DNA of 64,000 nt. It comes from Nitrosopumilus sp. GTDB taxonomy: Bacteria > Bacteroidota > Bacteroidia > Flavobacteriales_D > Sanyastnellaceae. The translations under genes were made by a program, and so were the position numbers. The notes beneath the pieces were generated by a model that was not told the DNA's origin, made no database searches, and saw nothing but the letters and a program-made list of their open reading frames with translations. The stretch lies in contig CAXQGL010000056.1 of NCBI GenBank assembly GCA_964223495.1, forward strand, positions 13,887 through 77,886, written 5' to 3'. Positions 26,412 to 36,676 of this stretch are shown here, piece after piece (position 1 is the stretch's first letter; each line of letters opens with the position of its first letter).

Positions 26412-27157
26412 CAGCGGGCGGGTTCCTCGAGGATGTCGATGAATTCAAGGCTGCTGGCCTCCATCTTGTGGATGACCTTGCTGACCCGGCTCACAAGGTG
26501 GTTGTATGCCATGTAGGCAATGATGCCTACGATGAGGCCGACGATGGTCGTGATCATGGCCTGCTTGGTGCCGGACGAGATGTCATCCACCCGGACCATT
26601 CCGGCATTCTCCATGTCCAGGAAGACGTTCACCATGCCGATGACGGTACCCAGGAAGCCGATCATCGGGGCTGCACCTGCGATGGTCGCCAAGGTGCTCA
26701 GGTTCTTCTCCATGCTGTAGATCTCCAGCTTGCCGACGTTTTCAATGCTGGCCGAGATGTCCTTCAGCGGTTTGCCGATGCGGGCAATGCCCTTGTGCAG
26801 CATGCGGGCGACGGGGGTTCCACTCTGTTCGCACAGGTTGCGCGCACTGTCGAGGTTGCCTGCGGACAGGTAGTCCTTGAGCTTCGCCATGAAATCCTTG
26901 TCCTCCTTGGCCGCCTTGCTGATGGCCATGGAGCGTTCGAAGAAGATGAACAGCGCGATGAAACTCATCACGGCCAGCGGCAACATGATGTACCAACCAC
27001 CGGAAATCAGGAGCTCCATGATGGAGACGTCTCGTGTGACGACCTCACCTGCGGTGGTCATGGCGTCTGCGCCGCCCTGATCCTCGACCGTGGTGCCGCC
27101 AAGGGTCAGGTCCTGGATGCGCATCAGGACGAAAGAGGGAATGTGCGTTGCGATCAT
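26411..27157 (-). CDS. exbB: MotA/TolQ/ExbB proton channel protein
   Basis: Three TM segments. The C-terminal part APMIGFLGTVIGMVNVF is typical of ExbB/TolQ. The start is uncertain (ATG 27157 or 27124). Confidence 0.85.
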   Translation of the reverse strand: MIATHIPSFVLMRIQDLTLGGTTVEDQGGADAMTTAGEVVTRDVSIMELLISGGWYIMLPLAVMSFIALFIFFERSMAISKAAKEDKDFMAKLKDYLSAGNLDSARNLCEQSGTPVARMLHKGIARIGKPLKDISASIENVGKLEIYSMEKNLSTLATIAGAAPMIGFLGTVIGMVNVFLDMENAGMVRVDDISSGTKQAMITTIVGLIVGIIAYMAYNHLVSRVSKVIHKMEASSLEFIDILEEPAR

Positions 27158-27259
27158 GCTGTGGGCTTGAAGTCCAACGTCGAAGGTCGCGGTTTCAGTA
27201 TGCGCACCTCAGGGGGGCGCATCCGCGTTTCCCCCCGCCCGATGTTCACACCTGCGGCC

Positions 27260-28636
27260 TCAGGCCACTGCCCCGAACATCAGCCAGTAGACTCCGGCTC
27301 CGGCCAGGTATCCGGCGACGGCCAACAGGCTCATCCGCTTGACGTACCAAATGAAGTCGATCTTCTCCAAGCCCATCACCGCGACACCTGCCGCACTGCC
27401 GATGATGAGGGCACTGCCCCCGGTTCCGGCGCAGTAAGCGAGGAATTGCCAGAACAAGCCATCCCGGACGAAGTGGCCCATCCATTCCGTCGCTCCCGGA
27501 TCGGCGATGGGATACATGCCCATGCTGGCGGCCACGAGGGGGACGTTGTCGACGATGGCGGACAGGAGGCCGATGGCGATGTTGATGAGATAGACATCCC
27601 CGAGGGCCACGCGCAACCAGTCCGCCGTGGCGATCAGGTGACCGGCCTCCTGAAGGGCACCGACCGCGAGCAGGATGCCCAGAAAGAACATCACGGAGGC
27701 CGTGTCGATCTTGCGCAGGACGCCCACCACGCTGAGCTGGTTGCGATCCTGTGCATTCTTCGACCTGTGCAGGACTTCCGTCGTCAACCACAGCACGCCA
27801 AGGGAGAGCATCATGCCCATGAAGGGGGGCAGGTGTGTCACGGTCTTGAAGACCGGTACGAACAACAGGCCCGAAACGCCCATGGCGAAAATGAGGTTGC
27901 GCTCCCCCTTGGAGGTGGGATCGGCTTCCTCATCGGGGTCCACGACCTCAGGACGCTCCACCTCGCCTTTCATCCGGAGGGACATGATGGTCAATGGGAC
28001 GACCATGCACACGATGCTGGGCACGATGAGGTTGACGATGATCACAGGAGTGGTCAATTGGCCCCCGATCCAGAGCATGGTGGTCGTGACATCACCGATG
28101 GGAGACCAGGCTCCCCCCGCGTTTGCACAAATGATCACGGCGCCGGCAAAAAGCCAACGGGTCGGCTTGTCGGCGATCAGCTTCCGGAGCAGCGAAATCA
28201 TCACGATGGACGTCGTGAGGTTGTCGAGGGCAGCGGAGAAGAAGAAGGTCAGGACACCGATGATCCAGAGGAGCCGGGCCTTTTTTCGCGTCTTGATCTT
28301 GTCCGTGATCACCGCGAATCCATTGTGGGCATCCACCAACTCCACGATGGTCATGGCCCCCATGAGGAAAAAGAGGATGCTCGCGATTTCCTCCATGTGA
28401 TGGAGCAATCGATGCTCGAAGAACACCTTGAGCGCTCCGTGTCCGGCGCCCCCGTGATCGAACGCCGCGAAGGACTCCGCAAGGTGGGCGGGAGCCTCAT
28501 GCCACCCCAATACCAGGACTGCCCAGCACAGGGTGCCTGTGATCAGTGCGCTGGCCGCCTTGTCGATGTGGAGGTTGTGCTCCAAAGCGATGAAGAGGTA
28601 CCCGACGACGAAAATGACAATGAGGATGGCGGCCAT
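27260..28636 (-). CDS. nhaD: NhaD-family Na+/H+ antiporter
   Basis: 458-aa polytopic protein whose N-terminus VGYLFIALEHNLHIDKAASAL and overall pattern match my recollection of NhaD. Confidence 0.7.
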   Translation of the reverse strand: MAAILIVIFVVGYLFIALEHNLHIDKAASALITGTLCWAVLVLGWHEAPAHLAESFAAFDHGGAGHGALKVFFEHRLLHHMEEIASILFFLMGAMTIVELVDAHNGFAVITDKIKTRKKARLLWIIGVLTFFFSAALDNLTTSIVMISLLRKLIADKPTRWLFAGAVIICANAGGAWSPIGDVTTTMLWIGGQLTTPVIIVNLIVPSIVCMVVPLTIMSLRMKGEVERPEVVDPDEEADPTSKGERNLIFAMGVSGLLFVPVFKTVTHLPPFMGMMLSLGVLWLTTEVLHRSKNAQDRNQLSVVGVLRKIDTASVMFFLGILLAVGALQEAGHLIATADWLRVALGDVYLINIAIGLLSAIVDNVPLVAASMGMYPIADPGATEWMGHFVRDGLFWQFLAYCAGTGGSALIIGSAAGVAVMGLEKIDFIWYVKRMSLLAVAGYLAGAGVYWLMFGAVA

Positions 28637-28654
28637 GGATATGGAAAGGTAGAA

Positions 28655-29899
28655 TCAGAGCAATTGTTCCAGAGCAATGGACATCGCCGTGCTGGAAAGG
28701 CCATGGGTTTCAGGGTTCCGGGCGTGACAGCGCTCCATGGCGGACCGGATGCAATCCGACGTATCGTTGAAGATGGCCTCGTCGGACAGGCTGACATGGC
28801 CATCTCCCATGAGATAGGCAAACACCCTCGCCATGCCGCAGTTGGCGATGAAATCCGGTATGACCGCACAGGACCGGTCCGCTTTGTCGGCAATGGGTCC
28901 ATGAAAGATCTCCTCATCGGCAAAAGGGACGTTGGCTCCCGCCGAGATGACCTTCAGGCCGTGTGCCAGCATCCTGTCCAATTGGTCTTCGGTGACCAGC
29001 CGGGAAGCCGCACAGGGAAGAAAGACTTCAGCTCCGACATCCCAGATGGAACCGGCCACTTCTTCGAAGGACAGCATTCCGTCCACATGAAGCGCATTGC
29101 CCTTCTTGGCGAGGAACAGGGAGCGTACATCGTCGAGTCCCATGCCCTCGGGTCGCAGGATTCCACCCACCCGGTCAATGATGCCCGTGATCACCGCTCC
29201 CTGCTTTGCGAGGTACAGTGCCGCTGCAGCACCCACGTTGCCCCAGCCCTGGACAAGCACGCGCTTGCCCTCGACTGCTCCTCCATACAGTGCGTAGAAA
29301 TGCCTGACGGATTCCGCAACACCGAATCCGGTAATGAGATCGGCCACCCGGTAGCGGATTCCCCCACCGTCCGGCAGGAATTCGGCATCCTCCACCACCT
29401 GGCTCACCCCCTGCCGAAGGTGCCCTATGCGCCGCACCTTCTGTGCCTCATCAGGCTTGAAATGGCCGTTGAACACCCCTTCCTGGGGATGCCAGACGCC
29501 GCAGGCCTCCGTCATCGGAATCACTTCCTTGCCGGCGTCGACGTTGAGGTCGCCTCCGGTCCCATAGTAGTGCTTGAGCAAGGGCGTGACCGCCTGATAC
29601 CAGCGGCGCAGGACGCCCTCCTTTCTCGGGTCGTTCGGGTCGAAGTCAATGCCGCTCTTGGCCCCTCCGATCTGCGGTCCGCTGACGGTGAACTTGATTT
29701 CCATCGTCTTGGCGAGCGAGATGACCTCGCCCCTGTCCAAGCCCGGGCGCATCCGGGTTCCTCCACCGGCTGCACCGCCCCTGAGGCTGTTGATCACCAC
29801 CCAACCACGGGCTTCCGTCTCTGGGTCCGACCATTCGAAGACGACTTCGGGTGGACGCTGGCTGTAGCGGTCGAGCAGATCCTTCATCTCGGGGTTCAA
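28655..29899 (-). CDS. Glu/Leu/Phe/Val dehydrogenase family protein
   Basis: GGAAGGGTRM and GGAKSGIDFDP (substrate and catalytic Lys region), plus the Rossmann motif VQGWGNVGAAAALYL. Confidence 0.8.
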   Translation of the reverse strand: MNPEMKDLLDRYSQRPPEVVFEWSDPETEARGWVVINSLRGGAAGGGTRMRPGLDRGEVISLAKTMEIKFTVSGPQIGGAKSGIDFDPNDPRKEGVLRRWYQAVTPLLKHYYGTGGDLNVDAGKEVIPMTEACGVWHPQEGVFNGHFKPDEAQKVRRIGHLRQGVSQVVEDAEFLPDGGGIRYRVADLITGFGVAESVRHFYALYGGAVEGKRVLVQGWGNVGAAAALYLAKQGAVITGIIDRVGGILRPEGMGLDDVRSLFLAKKGNALHVDGMLSFEEVAGSIWDVGAEVFLPCAASRLVTEDQLDRMLAHGLKVISAGANVPFADEEIFHGPIADKADRSCAVIPDFIANCGMARVFAYLMGDGHVSLSDEAIFNDTSDCIRSAMERCHARNPETHGLSSTAMSIALEQLL

Positions 29900-31014
29900 C
29901 GGGGGACCGATCCATTTCCGGTCGCGGCGAAGTTACCGAAGAGCGTGCCGCCGCATACATCGGCTGCCGCACCGGTCACGGAGGCCAGAGAAGTGGTCCT
30001 GCCATGGGCCGTGCGCCAAGCCAGCCAGGCAAAAGCCGCGGCCTCCTTACCATCGACCCAACGCTTATCGGGGATGTTGACGGACCATCCTTCGGGGAGG
30101 TGGGCGACAATGCGGTCCCTCAGGATGGGGTTGTGGACTCCGCCACCCGTGAACATGACCGATCCCGAGACGGCGGCGTTCCGGAGCGCCGCATCCACCG
30201 TCAGGGCGATCCACTCCACTGCCGTGGCCAACGCGTCTGAAGGGTGTTCGATGCCGTCCAATATCCCATGGAGGAAGTCGAGGTCCTCTGCTGCCAATGA
30301 TTTGGGCGGGGGGGCCTTGAGATGGGGCCATTTCCCCAACGCCCCGAGCGCCGTGTGGACCACCGTTCCCGATGCCGCCATCCGACCGTCTTCATCAAAA
30401 GCTTGCCCTCCCCGGAGTGCCTGCCGATTGAGGAGCAGGTTGCACCCGGCCACATCCCAGGCGATGACGTGCTCGGAAGCGGGAGGCAACATGGTCAGAT
30501 TGACAATGCCGCCGAGGTTCACACAACAGGCCTCTCCGGGGAAAGCCAGCGCATCGAAGAGCGGCACCAGCGGCGCCCCTTGTCCTCCCGCCGCCACATC
30601 AGCGGCCCTGTAATCGGCCACCACGGCCATGTCCAATTGCTCGGCGAGCAGGGACGCATCCCCTATGGCTGCAGTGCCGCGACCACCCGGATCATGGTAC
30701 CAGGTGTGGCCGCTGAACCCCAACAATGCAGGCCGACCATGGCTGGTCGACCATTCATTCAGACATCCCTTTACCGACTCCAGCACCCAAGCGGTCCATA
30801 CGGCTTCCAATCGACGCACCTCATCGGGGTCCGAGGAGCCGAGGCCGCGCAGCTGTTCCACCCAAGTTTCGGGGTAGTCCCGGGAAACGAACTCCAACAA
30901 TCGAACCGTCCGTCCATCCGCTGAGATGGCACATAGGGCCAAGTCCAAACCGTCGCATGACGTGCCTGACATGGTGCCGAGCACCAGCATGGGACCGCGC
31001 GCGGAATCAGCCAT
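29896..31014 (-). CDS. anmK: Anhydro-N-acetylmuramic acid kinase
   Basis: GTMSGTSCDGLDLAL N-terminal motif. The track ORF starts at a TTG (31065); I trimmed it to ATG 31014 (ATG 30990 is also possible). ATGA overlap with the downstream GDH-like gene. Confidence 0.82.
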   Translation of the reverse strand: MADSARGPMLVLGTMSGTSCDGLDLALCAISADGRTVRLLEFVSRDYPETWVEQLRGLGSSDPDEVRRLEAVWTAWVLESVKGCLNEWSTSHGRPALLGFSGHTWYHDPGGRGTAAIGDASLLAEQLDMAVVADYRAADVAAGGQGAPLVPLFDALAFPGEACCVNLGGIVNLTMLPPASEHVIAWDVAGCNLLLNRQALRGGQAFDEDGRMAASGTVVHTALGALGKWPHLKAPPPKSLAAEDLDFLHGILDGIEHPSDALATAVEWIALTVDAALRNAAVSGSVMFTGGGVHNPILRDRIVAHLPEGWSVNIPDKRWVDGKEAAAFAWLAWRTAHGRTTSLASVTGAAADVCGGTLFGNFAATGNGSVPR

Positions 31015-31064
31015 GGCCGTGGGATACGCTATCTTTGCGGACCGAACCCGCGAGACTCCCTGCA

Positions 31065-32207
31065 ATGATCCTGGAACTCACCGAAGAACAGAAAGCCGTG
31101 CGCGATGCCGCACGCGATTTCGCCCAGAACGTCCTCAAACCCGGCGTCATAGAACGCGACAACGCGCAGCGATTTCCTGCGGATGAAGTCCGGCAGCTCG
31201 GCGAGCTCGGGTTCATGGGCATGATGGTGGATCCCAAATACGGGGGAAGCGGCATGGACACCGTAAGCTACGTCCTCGCGATGGAAGAGCTTTCCAAAAT
31301 CGATGCTTCCGCCTCTGTCTGTGTATCCGTAAACAACAGCTTGGTGTGCTGGGGCTTGGAAGAGTACGGGACGGAAGAACAGAAAGAACAATTCCTTGCG
31401 CCCCTTGCCCGCGGTGAGAAAATCGGTGCCTTCTGCCTGAGCGAGCCGGAAGCCGGCAGTGATGCCACCAGCCAACGCACGACCGCCATCGACATGGGCG
31501 ACCACTACGTCCTCAATGGCACCAAGAATTGGATCACGAATGGAGGATCCGCCAGCACCTATCTCGTGATGGCCCAGACCGACGTGGACAAGGGCCATCG
31601 GGGCATCAATTGTCTCATCGTGGAAAGGGGCATGGAAGGATTCACGGTCGGTGCCAAGGAAGACAAGATGGGAATCCGGGGCAGCGACACGCACACGCTG
31701 ATGTTCCAGGATGTGAAAGTGCCCAAGGAGAACAGGGTCGGTGAAGACGGCTTCGGCTTCAAATTCGCCATGAAGACCCTGTCGGGTGGCCGCATCGGCA
31801 TTGCCGCGCAGGCCCTCGGCATTGCTTCCGGCGCATTGGAGTTCGCCTTGGCCTACTCGAAGGAACGCCAAGCCTTTGGCAAGGAAATCCATCAGCACCA
31901 GGCCATCGCCTTCAAATTGGCCGACATGGCCACGGAAGTCGAAGCTTCCCGAATGTTGTGTCTGAAAGCCGCCTGGATCAAGGACCAGGGTGAGGACTAT
32001 GACCTCGCCAGCTCCATGGCCAAGCTCTACGCCTCGGAAGTCGCCGGAAGGGTCACCGACCAGGCCGTGCAGATCCATGGAGGCTACGGGTACGTCAAGG
32101 AGTACCACGTGGAGCGGTTGATGCGCGATTCCAAGATCACGCAGATCTACGAAGGCACCAGTGAGGTGCAGCGCATCGTCATCTCGCGCTCCATCCTCAA
32201 GGACTGA
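31065..32207 (+). CDS. Acyl-CoA dehydrogenase (short/butyryl-chain type)
   Basis: ORF 30726..32207 trimmed to ATG 31065 (MILELTEEQKAVRDAARDF). Motifs CLSEPEAGSDA and GGYGYVKEYHVERLMRDSKITQIYEGTSEVQR. Confidence 0.9.
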   Translation: MILELTEEQKAVRDAARDFAQNVLKPGVIERDNAQRFPADEVRQLGELGFMGMMVDPKYGGSGMDTVSYVLAMEELSKIDASASVCVSVNNSLVCWGLEEYGTEEQKEQFLAPLARGEKIGAFCLSEPEAGSDATSQRTTAIDMGDHYVLNGTKNWITNGGSASTYLVMAQTDVDKGHRGINCLIVERGMEGFTVGAKEDKMGIRGSDTHTLMFQDVKVPKENRVGEDGFGFKFAMKTLSGGRIGIAAQALGIASGALEFALAYSKERQAFGKEIHQHQAIAFKLADMATEVEASRMLCLKAAWIKDQGEDYDLASSMAKLYASEVAGRVTDQAVQIHGGYGYVKEYHVERLMRDSKITQIYEGTSEVQRIVISRSILKD

Positions 32208-32222
32208 AGGTCATTCTGCCTG

Positions 32223-33188
32223 TCATTCGGCGCCCATGAGGCGCCCCTCGGCCATGTCGAGCAATTGCGCTTCGGCAGTGGAGGCGGCATGGGGCACGCC
32301 GTCATCGAATCGGCGTGATTCCACTTGACCCTCCTCATTCCTGCTGATGATCAGACTGGAACCGATGTCCGCCTTGACTTCGAATGCGACTGCCCTGCTT
32401 CCCGAGACAGGATGCAATTGCACCGGAGTACGCAGCCGGCGCTGGCCATTTCGCTTGAGCAACATGACCACTCCGGCAGCATCCACGGTACAGATATAGT
32501 CCTTCCTGCCTGCCCTGAGGTGGGCCATGCTCTGGATGGGGGCGCCTTTCGAAGTGTGGCGCCACCCCGGTGTGGCCTCTCCCAGTTTGCGGTGATTCAG
32601 GATGCGGCCATCGGCCAGGCCGAACAGATAGCGTTCCTCGCCGGTCCCCTCGTAATCCACCATGGAGAATGCGGTGATGGGCACCCCGGGATTGACCACG
32701 AAGCCCGGAATGGGCCTTCCCTCCGGATCCAGTCCGACTCCCTGTCTCGAATCCACCAACAGAAACTCCTGGGGACCATCATCATTGGCGTCGACCAGCA
32801 CTGCCCCAATCATGGGTGCATCCATGCCATGCTCCCATTCCTTTCCTCCGGACCCGGACCGGCAGGTCACATTGAAGAGGTCATCCTGCTCCAGATAGGT
32901 CCCGGACTCGAATCGGACCACCTCTTCGGCAAAACTGAAGGTGACATCGGCCTCGGGCGTCGGATCATCCTCCCCGAGTGCGGACGTGACTTCATGTTCC
33001 AACGCATCCTGCGCATCACCGGAATCCGCCTCGTCCACAATCAAGTCGCTTCGGGCGCCAGCATCCGTGGTCTCCTGTCCGTCCAGGAATGCCCAAGTGC
33101 CTGCACCGGCAAGGCCAAGTGCCACTGTCAACGCCATCCAGAAAATGGTGCCACCTGCGTTCATTCCAAACGAAGTTATAAGGCGCAT
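32223..33188 (-). CDS. Membrane-anchored hypothetical protein
   Basis: Trimmed to ATG 33188 (MRLITSFGMNAGGTIFWMALTVALGLAGAGTWAFL gives one TM segment), followed by an acidic linker and a beta-rich domain of about 230 aa. The antisense ORF 32325..33683 was judged a shadow. Confidence 0.5.
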   Translation of the reverse strand: MRLITSFGMNAGGTIFWMALTVALGLAGAGTWAFLDGQETTDAGARSDLIVDEADSGDAQDALEHEVTSALGEDDPTPEADVTFSFAEEVVRFESGTYLEQDDLFNVTCRSGSGGKEWEHGMDAPMIGAVLVDANDDGPQEFLLVDSRQGVGLDPEGRPIPGFVVNPGVPITAFSMVDYEGTGEERYLFGLADGRILNHRKLGEATPGWRHTSKGAPIQSMAHLRAGRKDYICTVDAAGVVMLLKRNGQRRLRTPVQLHPVSGSRAVAFEVKADIGSSLIISRNEEGQVESRRFDDGVPHAASTAEAQLLDMAEGRLMGAE

Positions 33189-33263
33189 CCGCTCAAAGGA
33201 CCTTTCACTTGTAGGATTTTCACCCAATTCACTGTGGCCGCGAGAAATCGACCCCCCGCAGAA

Positions 33264-35384
33264 TCAGGAGATCCGACTCCAATCCGGACGCGCGGCCTTC
33301 AGTCGATCGACCCCGATCCGCAGCAACTTGTGTTCCGTCCTGTCCAAACCGGGATCATCATTCAAGATCCTGCGTGCCACCGCCCGCGCATCCTCAAGGA
33401 GGACGCGGTCCTTCACCAGATCGGCCACCTTGAGGTCCAATACGCCGCTCTGCTTGGTCCCCATCAGGTCTCCCGGCCCCCTCAGTTCCAGGTCCACCTC
33501 CGCAATTTCAAAACCATCCTGGGTGCGGCACATCGTTTCCAAGCGACGCCGGGCCTCCTTGCCCAGTTCCTTGTCACTCATCAGGATGCAATAGCTCTGT
33601 GCGGCGCCTCTGCCGACGCGGCCCCTCAGCTGATGGAGCTGGCTCAGACCGAACCGCTCCGCACTCTCGATGACCATTACTGAGGCGTTGGGTACGTTCA
33701 CCCCGACTTCGATGACGGTCGTGGCCACCATGATCTGGGTCGTGCCCTCGGCAAACCGACGCATCTCCGCGTCCTTGTCCTCCGCCTTCATCCTGCCGTG
33801 CACGATGCTCAATCGATATTCCGGTGGAGGGAAATGACGGGTCAGGCTCTCGTAGCCATCCATGAGGTCCTTGTGGTCGAGCTGCGCCGACTCCTCGATG
33901 AGGGGATAGACGACGTAGATCTGACGGCCCTCGGCAATTTGCTCCCTCATGAAACCGAACACGCCGAGCCGCTGGGCATCCGTCCTGTGAACGGTCCTGA
34001 TCGGTTTGCGCCCGGGAGGCAATTCATCGATCACGCTCACATCGAGGTCTCCGTATACCGTCATGCTCAATGTGCGGGGAATGGGGGTGGCGGTCATGAC
34101 CAGGATGTGTGGAGGAATGGCCGCTTTCGCCCACAGGCGGGCACGCTGTGCCACCCCGAAGCGGTGCTGCTCATCGATGACCACCAAACCGAGGTTCAAG
34201 AAGACGACGGCGGGCTCCAGCACCGCATGCGTGCCGATCAGCAGATGCACCGAGCCATCATTCAGCCCGGCCAGGATGGGCTTCCGGTCCGATGCCTTCA
34301 CTGAACCCGTCAGGAGCTCCACCCTGACCGGCAGGTCCCCGAGCATTTCCCGGAATCCTTCGAAGTGCTGCTGGGCGAGGATCTCAGTGGGTGCCATGAT
34401 GCACACCTGATAGCCATTGTCCACCGCCATCAGCGCCGTCAACAGGGCCACCATGGTCTTGCCGCTGCCGACATCTCCCTGAAGCAACCGGTTCATGTGT
34501 TTGCCGTTGCGTGTGTCTTCCCGGATCTCCCGGATGACCCGCTTCTGGGCCCCCGTGAGTTCGAAAGGAATGCGCTCGGCATAGAACCGATTGAACATCC
34601 CACCCACCACTGAGAAGGCCGCCCCGGGCTGTTGCACCGTCTGGCGGTTGCGGTGTTCCACGAGCAACAATTGCAGAAAGAGAAACTCCTCGAATTTCAG
34701 ACGGAACCGACCCAGACGTTCGGCGTTCGCATCGGCCGGCTGGTGCACTTGCCCGAGCGCTTCGGCCAACCCCGGCATGCCGCGCAGCTGCAGGATTTCC
34801 GGAGGCAGTGTCTCCGCAATCCAATTCCGCCCATGAAGGTCGCGCAATTGCCCGATCAGCCGCACTATGGCTTGGCCCAGTCCATTGGAATGCAGTCCGA
34901 ACCGACCGAGCCGTTCGGATGAACTGTACACCGGATGCAATGCGGATGCCGATTTGGCCTCCTGAAGGGTCAGCACCTCGGGGTGCGCCATGTTGCGTCC
35001 TCCCTTGTACTCGGACACCCTGCCCCAGAGAATACAAGGCTGTCCCACGCGAAGATGGCGCGCAATCCACTGGGCCCCCTTGAACCAGACAAGGGGCAGG
35101 ACATCGCCGTGCTCATCGATGAATTCCGCCTCGAGCCGACTGCCTCGCTTCTGTTTGACCTCCTTGACCTTGCGGATGGTACCGCGCAACTGTACCTGAA
35201 CCGGCCCCGGCACCGCCTCCGCCACGCGGTGGAAACGCGTCCGGTCCTCATAACGAAAAGGCAGGTGGAACAGCAGGTCTCCGCAGGTCCTGATGCCCAA
35301 GTCCGCCACGAGGGCCTCTGCCCGTTTCGGTCCGATTCCCTTGAGGAATTCGATGGGGGTTGAGGCGCTCAGGGGTTCCGGCAT
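33264..35384 (-). CDS. recG: ATP-dependent DNA helicase RecG
   Basis: Wedge/OB N-terminal domain, Walker A GDVGSGKT, DEQHRFG, and the QLHQLRGRVGRG motif. Confidence 0.93.
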   Translation of the reverse strand: MPEPLSASTPIEFLKGIGPKRAEALVADLGIRTCGDLLFHLPFRYEDRTRFHRVAEAVPGPVQVQLRGTIRKVKEVKQKRGSRLEAEFIDEHGDVLPLVWFKGAQWIARHLRVGQPCILWGRVSEYKGGRNMAHPEVLTLQEAKSASALHPVYSSSERLGRFGLHSNGLGQAIVRLIGQLRDLHGRNWIAETLPPEILQLRGMPGLAEALGQVHQPADANAERLGRFRLKFEEFLFLQLLLVEHRNRQTVQQPGAAFSVVGGMFNRFYAERIPFELTGAQKRVIREIREDTRNGKHMNRLLQGDVGSGKTMVALLTALMAVDNGYQVCIMAPTEILAQQHFEGFREMLGDLPVRVELLTGSVKASDRKPILAGLNDGSVHLLIGTHAVLEPAVVFLNLGLVVIDEQHRFGVAQRARLWAKAAIPPHILVMTATPIPRTLSMTVYGDLDVSVIDELPPGRKPIRTVHRTDAQRLGVFGFMREQIAEGRQIYVVYPLIEESAQLDHKDLMDGYESLTRHFPPPEYRLSIVHGRMKAEDKDAEMRRFAEGTTQIMVATTVIEVGVNVPNASVMVIESAERFGLSQLHQLRGRVGRGAAQSYCILMSDKELGKEARRRLETMCRTQDGFEIAEVDLELRGPGDLMGTKQSGVLDLKVADLVKDRVLLEDARAVARRILNDDPGLDRTEHKLLRIGVDRLKAARPDWSRIS

Positions 35385-35395
35385 CGGCGCCGGAT

Positions 35396-36664
35396 TCAGG
35401 CGAGCATGCGCACGGGGTGCTCGAGCAGGGACTTCACTTCCTGCAGGAAGGCGGCACCCGTCGCACCATCCACCACACGGTGATCGCAGCTCAGGGTGAG
35501 TTTCATCACCTTGCCCGGAACGACGGCACCATCGCGCACAACGGGTACGTCACTGATGCCTCCCACGGCCAGGATGCAGGCATCCGGCGGGTTGATGATG
35601 GCAGTGAAATCCTCGATGCCAAACATGCCGAGGTTGGAGATGGTAAAGGTGTTGCCGTCCCAATCGCTCGGTTGGAGCTTCTTGTCCCGGGCTTTGCCTG
35701 CGTATTCCTTGACCTCCGCACCAATTTCGGTAAGGGACTTGCGGTCCGCATGGCGCACCACGGGGACGAGCAATCCGTCCTCGACGGCCACGGCTACACC
35801 GATGTGGACGTGGTCATTGGTCCGGATGAAATTGTCCATCCAAGCGCTGTTGACGGCCGGGTGCTTTTTGAGGGCCAGGGAAACCGCTTTCACGACCATA
35901 TCGTTGAAGCTGACCTTCACGCCCTCTTGGGCGTTGATGGCCTGACGGGCTTCCACCGCCGCATCCATATCCACGGACAACTTCAGGTAGAAATGCGGAG
36001 CGGTGAACTTGGACTCCGCCAACCTGCGCGCAATGGTCTTGCGCATCTGACTCACCGGATGGTCCGTGGAGGACTCCACGGCGCCCATTCCTGCTGCTGG
36101 AGCGGGAACATAGGCTTCGATGTCACGTTTGACGATGCGACCGCCTTCACCCGTGCCGACGACACGCCCAAGGTCGATGCCGCGCTCGGCCGCAAGGCGC
36201 GCTGCCAACGGGGAGGCCTTGACCTTGCCGTTGGAGGAGGGCTTCGGCACCGCCGGTGTGGCCACGATGGCCTCCACCGCAGGAGCAGGCGCCACCGCCA
36301 CGGGGGCCGGCGCAGGTGCTGGAGCAGGCGCCGGAGCTGGAGTCGGGGCAGGCGCGGGTTCTGCCGGAGCAGCTTCCGCTGTGGGCGCCTCAGCCTCCGC
36401 AGCCAAAAGCCCGGCGACGTCCTCGCCGGCCTCTCCGAGGATGGCGAGGATGCTGTCCACGGCAGCGGTTGCGCCCTTTTCCACGCCGACGTGAAGCAAC
36501 ACGCCATCCTGAAAGGACTCGAATTCCATGGTGGCCTTGTCGGTCTCGATCTCGGCAAGCACCTCGCCGGATTCAACCTGGTCACCCACTTTCTTGTGCC
36601 ACTCCGCCACGACGCCCTCCGTCATGGTGTCGCTGAGCTTCGGCATGCGAACGATTTCTGCCAT
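35396..36664 (-). CDS. Pyruvate dehydrogenase complex dihydrolipoamide acetyltransferase (E2)
   Basis: Lipoyl domain EIETDKATMEF, a Pro/Ala linker, a subunit-binding domain (ASPLAARLAAERGIDL), and the catalytic motif SCDHRVVDGA. Confidence 0.9.
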   Translation of the reverse strand: MAEIVRMPKLSDTMTEGVVAEWHKKVGDQVESGEVLAEIETDKATMEFESFQDGVLLHVGVEKGATAAVDSILAILGEAGEDVAGLLAAEAEAPTAEAAPAEPAPAPTPAPAPAPAPAPAPVAVAPAPAVEAIVATPAVPKPSSNGKVKASPLAARLAAERGIDLGRVVGTGEGGRIVKRDIEAYVPAPAAGMGAVESSTDHPVSQMRKTIARRLAESKFTAPHFYLKLSVDMDAAVEARQAINAQEGVKVSFNDMVVKAVSLALKKHPAVNSAWMDNFIRTNDHVHIGVAVAVEDGLLVPVVRHADRKSLTEIGAEVKEYAGKARDKKLQPSDWDGNTFTISNLGMFGIEDFTAIINPPDACILAVGGISDVPVVRDGAVVPGKVMKLTLSCDHRVVDGATGAAFLQEVKSLLEHPVRMLA

Positions 36665-36676
36665 CTAGGTTGTGAA

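Noticed and set aside
26468-30613. A 1381-aa ORF on the plus strand, the longest apart from the 1442-aa gene
   Set aside because: It is codon-aligned antisense to exbB, nhaD and the GDH-like gene. All three have codon low coordinates congruent to 2 mod 3, the same as this ORF. A stop would therefore require the rare sense codons TTA, CTA or TCA in those genes. The translation is His/Arg/Gly/Asp-rich with no motifs, whereas each opposite-strand gene has clear family signatures.
36286-36372. A GCN/CCN-rich hexanucleotide-like microsatellite
   Set aside because: It encodes the Pro/Ala inter-domain linker (APAPTPAPAPAPAPAPAP) of the E2 acetyltransferase, a normal feature of these enzymes.
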